This document shows, piece by piece, positions 29,670 through 37,972 of a DNA stretch of 64,000 bases. Source of the stretch: Phycisphaerae bacterium (lineage in GTDB: Bacteria > Planctomycetota > Phycisphaerae > UBA1845); NCBI GenBank assembly GCA_029260215.1, contig JAJDDQ010000078.1, forward strand, positions 1 to 64,000, written 5' to 3'. How positions within the stretch are numbered: position 1 is the first letter of the stretch; every line of letters begins with the position of its first letter. The position numbers and the translations under genes are program-made. Under the pieces are notes generated by a model. The model saw only the letters and a program-made list of their open reading frames with translations, searched no databases and was not told where the DNA came from.

Positions 29670-30758
29670 ATGGAACGAGTCGCAACCGCAATCGTTTATT
29701 GCGAAGCCAACTTCGGTACCGTCGATGGAAAGACCGCCAACGGGCTCGTTCGTTACTCGGAGCTGTACGACATCCTCTCGGTCATCGACAGCGAGAAGGT
29801 TGGCCTCGATGCCGGAGTCGCGCTCGGCGAAGAGCCAAAGGGCATCCCCATCTCTCGCGATCTCGCCGACGCGCTGGCCCGCGCCGGAACTGTACCCGAC
29901 TATTTCATCTTCGGAGTGGCACCGGCGAGCGGCATGTTATCGATAAGCGAACGCGGAATCGTGCTCGAGGCCATGGCTCTCGGGATGAACGTCGTGAACG
30001 GTCTGCATGAGTTTCTGAACGACGATCCGGAGTTCGCTGCGATGGCCGCGGCGAAAGACGTGCAGATCCTCGACGTTCGGAGGCCCCGCGCAAAGAAGGA
30101 CTTGCGGCTGTTCAGCGATCGCATCGTTGAGGTCACCTGCCCGCGTATCGCCGTGTTAGGCACCGACTGCGCCATCGGAAAGCGCACGACCGCTACGATC
30201 CTTACGCGCGCGCTGAATGATTGTGGCGTAAACACCGTGTTGGTCGGCACCGGCCAGACCGGGTTAATCCAAGGAGCGCGCTACGGTGTCGCGCTCGATG
30301 CTGTACCATCACAGTTTTGTTCGGGTGAGTTGGAGGCCGCCATCGTCGAAGCGTTCGAAGGCGAAACCCCCGATGTGATCGTCATTGAAGGACAGGGCGC
30401 ACTGAGTCACCCCGCCTTCTCGACCTCGAGCCTCATCATTCGGGGCAGCCGTCCCGACGGCGTCGTCCTGCAGCACGCACCGAAACGCACTCATCGTTGC
30501 GACTTCGCACAAATGGCGATGCCGACGCCCGCCGCTGAAATCAATCTCATCCAGACATTCGCCGATACGAAGGTGATCGGCCTCACGATTAATCACGAGA
30601 ACATGTCCGATGCTGAGGTCAGCGCGGCCATATCACTGTATGAGAATGAACTCGGCATCCCCGCCACCGATGCGTTATCCCGTCCACCCGAGCGTCTGGT
30701 TGATATGGTCCTTGCGGCGTTCCCGGCACTCGAGGCGAAGCTGACGGCAGGCGTGTGA
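29670..30758 (+). CDS. DUF1611 family protein (DgcN-like; putative D-amino-acid N-acetyltransferase), N-terminal Rossmann-like + P-loop-like domain
   Basis: ATAIVYCEANFGTVDGKTANGLVRYSE…VLGTDCAIGKRTTA is typical DUF1611 architecture. The start at MERVATAIVY is within track ORF 29568..30758; an alternative upstream start is at 29568. Confidence 0.75.
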   Translation: MERVATAIVYCEANFGTVDGKTANGLVRYSELYDILSVIDSEKVGLDAGVALGEEPKGIPISRDLADALARAGTVPDYFIFGVAPASGMLSISERGIVLEAMALGMNVVNGLHEFLNDDPEFAAMAAAKDVQILDVRRPRAKKDLRLFSDRIVEVTCPRIAVLGTDCAIGKRTTATILTRALNDCGVNTVLVGTGQTGLIQGARYGVALDAVPSQFCSGELEAAIVEAFEGETPDVIVIEGQGALSHPAFSTSSLIIRGSRPDGVVLQHAPKRTHRCDFAQMAMPTPAAEINLIQTFADTKVIGLTINHENMSDAEVSAAISLYENELGIPATDALSRPPERLVDMVLAAFPALEAKLTAGV

Positions 30759-31831
30759 TGACAGGGCCGCGATTGGAAATCGATCTCGAAAAGATCCACC
30801 ACAACGCCCGCACCCTGATCGAACGGCTGGCCGAACGTGGCATCTCTGTCACGGGCGTTACAAAGGCAACCCTCGGCTCACCGGAGATCGCGAACACGTT
30901 ACTTCGGGCGGGCGTGAGTGCACTCGGTGACTCCCGAATCGAGAACATCGAGGCGATGCGTCGTGCGGAGGTACGGGCGTCTATGACACTCATTCGCTCT
31001 CCCATGGTCAGCCAGGCTGCCCGCGTCGTCATGCACGCCGACGTCAGTTTTAATACGGAACTCGACGTCATCAGCAAGCTCTCGTCCGCCGCGCAGAAAG
31101 CGCGTCGAACGCACGGGATCGTGCTCATGGTCGAGCTTGGAGACCTCCGTGAAGGCATCATGCCCGGCGATCTTGAGAACACCGTACGTGAGACACTTCG
31201 CTTCCCGAACATCGTGCTCAAGGGTATCGGCACCAACCTCGCATGTCGCAGTGGAGCGTCGCCCGACGTCAAGAACATGACCGAGCTGTCCGCGCTGGCC
31301 GATTCGATAGACGCGACGTTCGGCCCCATGCTCAGCATCGTCTCGGGGGGCAACTCCGGCAACCTGCCGTGGGCGCTCGGCGGTGTGGACACCGGGCGGA
31401 TCAACGATCTCCGCTTAGGGGAATCGCTCCTGCTCGGTCGCGAAACGCTCCATCGCCAACCGATCGACGGTCTGTACACCGACGCCATCACGCTCATCGC
31501 CGAAGTGATTGAGTCGAAGGCCAAGCCATCGCAGCCCTGGGGCGAGATCGCACAGACCGCGTTCGGCGAGAATCCACCCGCCACGGACCGGGGCCTCATC
31601 TCGCAGACGATCCTTGCCGTTGGACGCCAGGACACCGATCCGTGCGGCCTTCAAGCGCCAGCGGGAATCGAAATCCTCGGCGCCAGCAGCGACCACCTCA
31701 TCGTAGACACCGGTCGCGACCGCCCGTGCGTCGGCGCAGAGATCACCTTCCAGCTCAACTACAGCGCGCTCGTCCGCGCCATGACCTCACCCTTTCTCGC
31801 CAAGGTCGTGAAAGCCCATGTTCCCGTGTGA
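30755..31831 (+). CDS. putative amino-acid racemase, PLP-dependent alanine-racemase-fold family (DgcA-like)
   Basis: It overlaps the DUF1611 gene by 4 nt (ATGA). N-terminal TIM-barrel alanine-racemase-like fold (…GVTKATLGSPEIANTLLRAGVSALGDSRIENIEAM…VELGDLREG…). Confidence 0.7.
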   Translation: MMTGPRLEIDLEKIHHNARTLIERLAERGISVTGVTKATLGSPEIANTLLRAGVSALGDSRIENIEAMRRAEVRASMTLIRSPMVSQAARVVMHADVSFNTELDVISKLSSAAQKARRTHGIVLMVELGDLREGIMPGDLENTVRETLRFPNIVLKGIGTNLACRSGASPDVKNMTELSALADSIDATFGPMLSIVSGGNSGNLPWALGGVDTGRINDLRLGESLLLGRETLHRQPIDGLYTDAITLIAEVIESKAKPSQPWGEIAQTAFGENPPATDRGLISQTILAVGRQDTDPCGLQAPAGIEILGASSDHLIVDTGRDRPCVGAEITFQLNYSALVRAMTSPFLAKVVKAHVPV

Positions 31832-32077
31832 CGGGCGACGATCAGCTTAAGTTCCGGAGGGGGTTCGAACCGCTACTTTCAAATGCGAGCCGCTCTGCGT
31901 GTACCCGATGAGGACCCGACGAAACCGGTCCAATTCCCCGCGAAGGTAGTCCGGATGGTCGTCTCGTTCTTCTTGCGAGCCGAAGTGTCGTTCCGGTCCA
32001 ACCCCCCCTGTATCCCCCCGTTGCAAGGGGGAAGAGGACATTCCCTGTCGGACGATTTTGATCGTGCGTGGTCGCGT
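31832..32077. other. structured GC-rich convergent intergenic region (candidate small RNA or bidirectional terminator complex)
   Basis: GGAGGGGGTT (31846-31855) is complementary to AACCCCCCC (31990-31998). There is a perfect palindrome GGTTCGAACC (31852-31861). GTTCCGG and TTGGACCGG occur as direct repeats. Hairpin CCCCCCG-TTGCAA-GGGGG sits at 32004-32021. Confidence 0.3.
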
Positions 32078-33466
32078 TTACGCGTCGCCTTCGCGTAGGC
32101 CTGCTACGATGTCGGTGAGCGATTTCTTGGCATCGCCGAAGATCATCATGGTCTTGTCCATGTAGAACAATTCGTTGTCGATGCCGGCGAACCCCGCGCC
32201 TAAGCTGCGTTTGCAGATCATGACGGTCTCGGCTTTATCGACTTCGAGAATGGGCATGCCGTAAATCGGTGAGGTTTTGTCGTCGCGGGCGGCGGGGTTG
32301 ATGACGTCGTTGGCACCGAGAATCAAAGCCACGTCCGTCGTTTCAAAATCCGGATTGATCTCCTCCATGTCGATAAGCTGCTCGTAGGGGACGTCGGCCT
32401 CCGCCAGAAGCACGTTCATGTGCCCCGGCATGCGGCCAGCGACGGGGTGGATCGCGAACCTCACGGTTGTGCCGTTTTTCTCGAGGATTTGGCACAATTC
32501 GTAGGCGACGTGCTGGGCACGTGCGACGGCTAACCCGTAACCCGGAACGATCACGACGGTGGAGGCGTTGTCGAGAATCATCGTCGCGTCTTCGATGCCG
32601 TAATTGCGGACGGACCTCTTCTCACCCGAAGCCCCTGACGTGCCGGTGGAATCGGCAGCGCCGAACGCACCGAAAATCACGTTGCCCAGTGAGCGGTTCA
32701 TGGCTTTGCACATCAGCGCGGTGAGAATCATGCCGGCGGCTCCGACCAGCGAGCCGGCGGTGATGAGCAGTTGGTTGCCGAGTACGAATCCTGTGGCACA
32801 GGCAGCCAACCCGGAGTAGGAGTTAAGCAGCGAGATGACGACGGGCATGTCCGCTCCGCCGATGGGGATGACCAGGAGCACGCCGAGCACGAAAGACAGC
32901 ACGAACATGGCGTACATCGCCCATGTCGGTCCTTCCGTGGTGCAGATTGGATAGAAGACCGCGAGAATAGCCATAAAGAGCGCGGCGTTTGCGAAATTCT
33001 GAAACGGGTAGGTGATCGGTGCCGACGAAATCTTGCCCGCGAGCTTGCCGTATGCTACGACGCTTCCGGTCAGCGTGACGCCGCCGATGAGAATGCTTAT
33101 GCCCATGCTGACCAGCATGACGTGGTCCTGATCGGCTATCGGGGTTTGATGGAATTCGCTCATCGCGACCAGGGCGGATGCGAACCCGCCCGAGCCGTTG
33201 AGCAAGGCTACCAGTTCCGGCATGCCCGTCATCTGCACGCGCACGGCTGCAATGATTCCGATGACCGCGCCGACCGCGATGCCGCCGTAGATCCAGTTTT
33301 TGTCCACGACATCGTGATGCAGCAGCGCAGCGATCATGGCCACCAGCATGGCTAAGCTGGCGAGCAGGTTGCCGAATCGGGCCGTTTTGGGGCTGCCGAG
33401 CTTCTTGATGCCCACGACAAAGCAGGCGACCGAGGCGAGGTAAGCAAGTTGAACGTAGACATCCAT
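32078..33466 (-). CDS. pntB: NAD(P) transhydrogenase subunit beta
   Basis: About 9 TM helices are followed by the C-terminal dIII NADP(H)-binding domain (…GYGLAVARAQH…HPVAGRMPGHMNVLLAEA…). Confidence 0.9.
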   Translation of the reverse strand: MDVYVQLAYLASVACFVVGIKKLGSPKTARFGNLLASLAMLVAMIAALLHHDVVDKNWIYGGIAVGAVIGIIAAVRVQMTGMPELVALLNGSGGFASALVAMSEFHQTPIADQDHVMLVSMGISILIGGVTLTGSVVAYGKLAGKISSAPITYPFQNFANAALFMAILAVFYPICTTEGPTWAMYAMFVLSFVLGVLLVIPIGGADMPVVISLLNSYSGLAACATGFVLGNQLLITAGSLVGAAGMILTALMCKAMNRSLGNVIFGAFGAADSTGTSGASGEKRSVRNYGIEDATMILDNASTVVIVPGYGLAVARAQHVAYELCQILEKNGTTVRFAIHPVAGRMPGHMNVLLAEADVPYEQLIDMEEINPDFETTDVALILGANDVINPAARDDKTSPIYGMPILEVDKAETVMICKRSLGAGFAGIDNELFYMDKTMMIFGDAKKSLTDIVAGLREGDA

Positions 33467-33502
33467 CGTATATTTGCCGTATGGGACCGCCGCGCGCGGT
33501 GA

Positions 33503-33793
33503 TTAATTCTTTTTCTTGTTCTTGAACATTTTGAGCATGCGGTCGGTGACCATGAAACCACCGACGACGTTGATCGACGCGCACGCGACGGCGGCTGCAC
33601 CGAGCACCTTGGAATAGGTGCCGATGCCCAGAGCGCCGGTGCATAGAATCGCACCGACAATGGTGATGCCCGATATAGCGTTGGCACCGGACATGAGCGG
33701 CGTGTGCAGCATGGACGGTACTTTCGATATCAACTCGAAGCCGAGGAAAATCGACAGGAGGAACACGAATAGCAGGGGTATCAAGTCTTCCAT
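33503..33793 (-). CDS. pntA: NAD(P) transhydrogenase subunit alpha part 2 (membrane dII fragment)
   Basis: A 96-aa protein with 3 TM helices (…MSGANAISGITIVGAIL…), located between pntA part 1 and pntB. Confidence 0.8.
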   Translation of the reverse strand: MEDLIPLLFVFLLSIFLGFELISKVPSMLHTPLMSGANAISGITIVGAILCTGALGIGTYSKVLGAAAVACASINVVGGFMVTDRMLKMFKNKKKN

Positions 33794-34965
33794 CAGGATG
33801 AGCCTTGTGCTGTCATGCGTTGTCGGGACTGCTCGTGAACGACTTGGCCGTCGCGTGTGATCAACGCGCCAGCCACGATTTCATCTTCCGGGTCGAGCTT
33901 CAACTCTTTGTCTTTCCACAAATCCAACAGGAGTGTGGATACGTTGCGGCTGAACATCTGGCTGGCGTGTACGGGAATCGTGCCGGGCAGGTTGAGACGC
34001 CCGCAGATGGTTACGCCGCTTTTTTGAACGACCTGTCCCGGTTCGGTCAGTTCGCAGTTGCCACCGCGTTCGGCTGCCAGGTCCACAATGATCGAGCCGT
34101 CGCGCATGGATTCGACCATGGCGGCGGTGACGATGATGGGGGCCTTTCGCCCCGGAACGAGGGCCGTCGTGATGACTATATCGGATTGTGCAACGTGGGC
34201 GGCGAGTGCTTCTTTTTGCTTCCGCTGCTGATCTTCGGTGAGTGACTTGGCGTAGCCGCCCTTGTCTTCGGCGTCTGCTTTGCCCAGATCGATCTCGACG
34301 AATTTCGCACCGAGGCTCAAGACCTGTTCCTTGACGACGGGTCGGGTGTCGAAGGCTTCGACGATGGCGCCGAGTCGCTTTGCGGTCGCGATGGCCTGCA
34401 AACCTGCGACGCCCGCGCCGATGATCAACACGCGTGCCGGCGAGATCGAGCCGGCGGCTGTGGTCAGCTTGGGCATCATCTTTGGCAGCAGTTCCGCCGC
34501 AATGAGGACGGCTTTGTAACCCGAGATGGTGGCTTGCGAGGAGAGGATGTCCATGCTCTGTGCGCGGGTGATGCGGGGGACGCAATCGAGCGAGAGGGCG
34601 CTGATCTTGCGCTGGCAGAGTTTTTCCGCCAGCCCCTCGTCCACACCCCCGCCGAGCGCTCCAAGGTTGGCGATGAGGATGCTGCCTTCCTTCATGGTGT
34701 CGATTTCGTGGCCGCCGTTTCCGGGGCATTCTGCGGGCGCGTTGATTTTCGCGACGATGTCGGATTCACCGAGCAGCTTCGCGACGTCGGCTTCGATGAA
34801 CGCACCCTTTTCGGTGTAATCCGAGTCGGCCGCACCGGACGCGATGCCCGCACCGGCTTGCACCGCGATTTCGAATCCGGCTTTGTGCAGCCGTGCCACA
34901 TCGGCGGGCACGAGCGCGACGCGCGTCTCGTCGGGCGTGATTTCCTTTGGAACGGCGATCCTCAT
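33793..34965 (-). CDS. pntA: NAD(P) transhydrogenase subunit alpha part 1 (dI, alanine-dehydrogenase-like)
   Basis: MRIAVPKEITPDETRVALVPADV… and the Rossmann motif LIIGAGVAGLQAIATAKRLGA. Start moved to MRIAV (34965) within track ORF 33793..35019. Confidence 0.88.
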   Translation of the reverse strand: MRIAVPKEITPDETRVALVPADVARLHKAGFEIAVQAGAGIASGAADSDYTEKGAFIEADVAKLLGESDIVAKINAPAECPGNGGHEIDTMKEGSILIANLGALGGGVDEGLAEKLCQRKISALSLDCVPRITRAQSMDILSSQATISGYKAVLIAAELLPKMMPKLTTAAGSISPARVLIIGAGVAGLQAIATAKRLGAIVEAFDTRPVVKEQVLSLGAKFVEIDLGKADAEDKGGYAKSLTEDQQRKQKEALAAHVAQSDIVITTALVPGRKAPIIVTAAMVESMRDGSIIVDLAAERGGNCELTEPGQVVQKSGVTICGRLNLPGTIPVHASQMFSRNVSTLLLDLWKDKELKLDPEDEIVAGALITRDGQVVHEQSRQRMTAQGSS

Positions 34966-35203
34966 GACTGAACCAACCCGAGTTTCGGGGTTTTTGCATA
35001 AGCACAACACCGAGGCCATCGGGCTGGTGTTTTACACGGTCGTACCATCGTCGGCACGCCGCGTAGCATATCGCACGGAGCGACCGCTGTCATGGCGATG
35101 CGTGGTCCCATGAATCAAAAAAAAGACCGACTGATTTCCACCAGCCGGTCTTTTCACATTTTGAGAATTCCGCGTCTTGTGCGGATTAGCGGGGATCGCA
35201 GTC

Positions 35204-37933
35204 TTAGCCCCGGTGACCTCTGGCTTGGCTGCTCTTGTTCACGAATTCCGCGTCCAGGACCTTCTCGATGCGCTGCTTCGCTTCATCGAGGTGTGCGAGC
35301 GTGTAAGCGTCCAGCTTGTCGCGCGAAAGGTCGAGCGCGACCTCGATGTCGTCGTGAATGTCCTTGAGCGTCATGCGTACGATCGAGTATGCATCCGCGT
35401 TGAGGCCTCGGCTCGGGCCGGCCAAGTGTATGTTGATCAGCCGGTTGAGGTAGGCACGCTGGAGGTTGCGTCTCGTGCTCGAAATCCTCGGCTTGCGATT
35501 GGTGTACCTGCCGGACGGTGCGCCGTCGAGTTCGGTCCAGATCGCTTTCGTAACCGTGTTGAACAACTCGGGCACGGTCATGGCGTCCTCATCGGCGGGC
35601 ACTTTCAGCTCTCCGTCGTAGATGCGATTGATGACCATCGGGTTGATGAGAATCGTCAACACGCGCGACTGCATGCCGAGGATGCGGTCGTGGACGTCAT
35701 AGGAAACGTCGAAGTTCATCTGATCGCTGTCCCAGTGAATGAATCGTCCGGCGGCCAGCTTGTTCAGCAACTCCGGCGAGAAATCGTAGTATTCGTCGCT
35801 GAAAACCGTGTCAGCCAGAAGACTCAGCGCTTCACGCTGTTTGGCGACCGGCACGATTTCGATGGGCGGCTTGGCGTTGGGATCACCCTTGTGGTGACGG
35901 TGGACGACCTGTCCGCCGACCAGGCGGGCGGCGATACGGGCACTGAAGCCGTATTCGTTGGTGACGATGTTGAACGCGCGGCGCATGCGTGCGTAGCTCT
36001 CACCATCCTTGACAGCCCGATCGGGAAGGTCTTTTAACAACCGGCGCGACAAAGCCATACGGTGCTTGGCGTAGGCGATCGGATCGTCGCCGTTGTCGTA
36101 GCGGTACGTGTAGGGGTCGGGTCCGAACTCGGAAGTATCCTCGTCGGTCCCGTAGGCCAACCCGTCCTCCGCCACGCGCGAGAGAATCGTTTTGAGCATG
36201 TCGCCTTCGGATTTCGCATCACCACCGGACGAGAACTGACTGTAGCCATACGCGATGGCCCAATCGTCGTAGGGGCCTGTAGTCTGGGACACGAAATCGC
36301 TCTGCTCGATCTCAGACTGAGCGTACTCGGCGGGGTTGTAATCCATGATCGATCCGGTGAGCGCACGGGATTCGGAACTGGGCGAGAGCACATCGCTGAG
36401 TTTCTTCCAGGAACTGCCCTTGAAGTTGTGACGAAGCCCGAGCGTGTGCCCGACCTCGTGGGCGACGATTTCCCGGATGACCTGTCCGACGAACTCCTCG
36501 GGCAGATCGCGATTGCCATTCTGCACGGAAAGAAGCTGGTTGAAAGCCATTTGATGTACCATGCCGCGTCCAAGATCGCAGGCGCTGTCCCGCTGATCGA
36601 AAAAGCGTGTGGGCGTGGACACGGTCTCGGTCTCGAACATGTGCGCGCCAGCCGCGTATTCGGGCGTCAGTTGTTCCATCATCGGCGTGAACTTGTATTC
36701 GGGGAATTCGCGGAAGAAGTCGTCACGCATAGGGTCGTCGTGCATGTCGAACGCCGACGAACCCATGAGCGTATTCTCCTGGATGTAGAAGCGGACCATC
36801 GAATCATCGAAGATGATATCCGCATCGAGAATCTGGCCTGTGAACGGGTTCACGCGTGAAGGTCCGCGTGCGAAGGCTCGGCCGCTGACAATCCAGCGGA
36901 AGAAGTTGTAGCGGATATCCTCCGGGTCGAGGTCTTTGAATTCGTTGGTGTCGGTTTGCTGGCGGACTTGAACGGCGCTTAGCAGGCCGACCTTCTCAAA
37001 CGCGTCGTTCCATTCAAGGATGCCTTCGCGCACGTAGCGACGGAACTTCACCGGCACGGTCTTTTCGATGTAAAAGACGATCGGGTTCTCGACGGGTGAT
37101 TCCGTGGCTCTGGGGTCTTGCTTGCGCAGGTTCCACCGATGGATGTAGCGTTTGAAAATGGTCGGATCGTTGTGATCGGTGCTCCAGTCTTTCTGTGCGG
37201 TCATGAAGTAGCCGATGCGATCGTCAGCCTCGCGCGGCTTGTAATCGTTCTTCGGGATTTCAGAGAGGCTGACATACACCGATGCGATCACGCCGTCCGA
37301 TGCAGGCCCCTTGCCCATGTAGGCAGCGTCGACGGAAATCTCCACGTTGTGCGGAAAGGTTTTGATCGTGCTCCAGCGCGAGAGTTTGGCGTCCATGCGC
37401 CGGCTGCCGTACGCGCTGCCCAGACCGACGAAATCCGTCTTGAGCAGGTCGCCGAGGTCGATGACCGGATCACCGCCGGGGGCTTCGGTCTTGATGTCGA
37501 GGGCTTTGACGATGGTGTCGGTGTAGGTTCTGCCGACAACGTCCTCAACGGTGCTGCCCTTGGCATCCTTGTAGCGCGTGTCGGACTCCATGAGGACGAG
37601 CTTCTTGTCGTGACGCTCCCAGTAGAGGGCGCTGCCGCCGAGCATCCAGCCAGCGTAGGTCGGTCCTTTTGAGACCGAGAGGCTGAGCAGGAAAGGCTTC
37701 TTGATTTTCGATTTGGGAATCCTGGCCAGCAGCGTGTCTTTTTCCTTGTCGAAGTAGAGCGTGAAGAACCCTTCCTTGACTTCCATGTCTTTGACGACTT
37801 CGTCGAATTTCGGGAAATCGTCCTTGTCTTTCTTGCCCGCGAGCGCGGACGACGGAGCAAGCATGCCGGCAAGCAGCAGGACCATCGCCGCTCGAGCGAA
37901 ATAGTTGGTCGAGTTTGTCATTGCGTGATTCAT
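35204..37933 (-). CDS. secreted zinc-dependent metalloprotease (zincin HExxH; DUF5117/DUF4953-type), ~909 aa
   Basis: VAHEVGHTLGLRHNF contains the HExxH motif. A signal peptide is present. It is paralogous to the downstream gene. Confidence 0.75.
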   Translation of the reverse strand: MNHAMTNSTNYFARAAMVLLLAGMLAPSSALAGKKDKDDFPKFDEVVKDMEVKEGFFTLYFDKEKDTLLARIPKSKIKKPFLLSLSVSKGPTYAGWMLGGSALYWERHDKKLVLMESDTRYKDAKGSTVEDVVGRTYTDTIVKALDIKTEAPGGDPVIDLGDLLKTDFVGLGSAYGSRRMDAKLSRWSTIKTFPHNVEISVDAAYMGKGPASDGVIASVYVSLSEIPKNDYKPREADDRIGYFMTAQKDWSTDHNDPTIFKRYIHRWNLRKQDPRATESPVENPIVFYIEKTVPVKFRRYVREGILEWNDAFEKVGLLSAVQVRQQTDTNEFKDLDPEDIRYNFFRWIVSGRAFARGPSRVNPFTGQILDADIIFDDSMVRFYIQENTLMGSSAFDMHDDPMRDDFFREFPEYKFTPMMEQLTPEYAAGAHMFETETVSTPTRFFDQRDSACDLGRGMVHQMAFNQLLSVQNGNRDLPEEFVGQVIREIVAHEVGHTLGLRHNFKGSSWKKLSDVLSPSSESRALTGSIMDYNPAEYAQSEIEQSDFVSQTTGPYDDWAIAYGYSQFSSGGDAKSEGDMLKTILSRVAEDGLAYGTDEDTSEFGPDPYTYRYDNGDDPIAYAKHRMALSRRLLKDLPDRAVKDGESYARMRRAFNIVTNEYGFSARIAARLVGGQVVHRHHKGDPNAKPPIEIVPVAKQREALSLLADTVFSDEYYDFSPELLNKLAAGRFIHWDSDQMNFDVSYDVHDRILGMQSRVLTILINPMVINRIYDGELKVPADEDAMTVPELFNTVTKAIWTELDGAPSGRYTNRKPRISSTRRNLQRAYLNRLINIHLAGPSRGLNADAYSIVRMTLKDIHDDIEVALDLSRDKLDAYTLAHLDEAKQRIEKVLDAEFVNKSSQARGHRG

Positions 37934-37972
37934 ATCGAAAAATTCCTTTGGATTCTGGTTTGTTAAATTAAA

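Noticed and set aside
31832-32077. A tRNA (or tRNA-Sec/tmRNA) around the GGTTCGAACC motif.
   Set aside because: I could not build acceptor, D, anticodon and T arms on either strand. The 5' acceptor complement is absent at the right distance, and the region is too short for tmRNA. It is kept as a 'structured region' finding instead.
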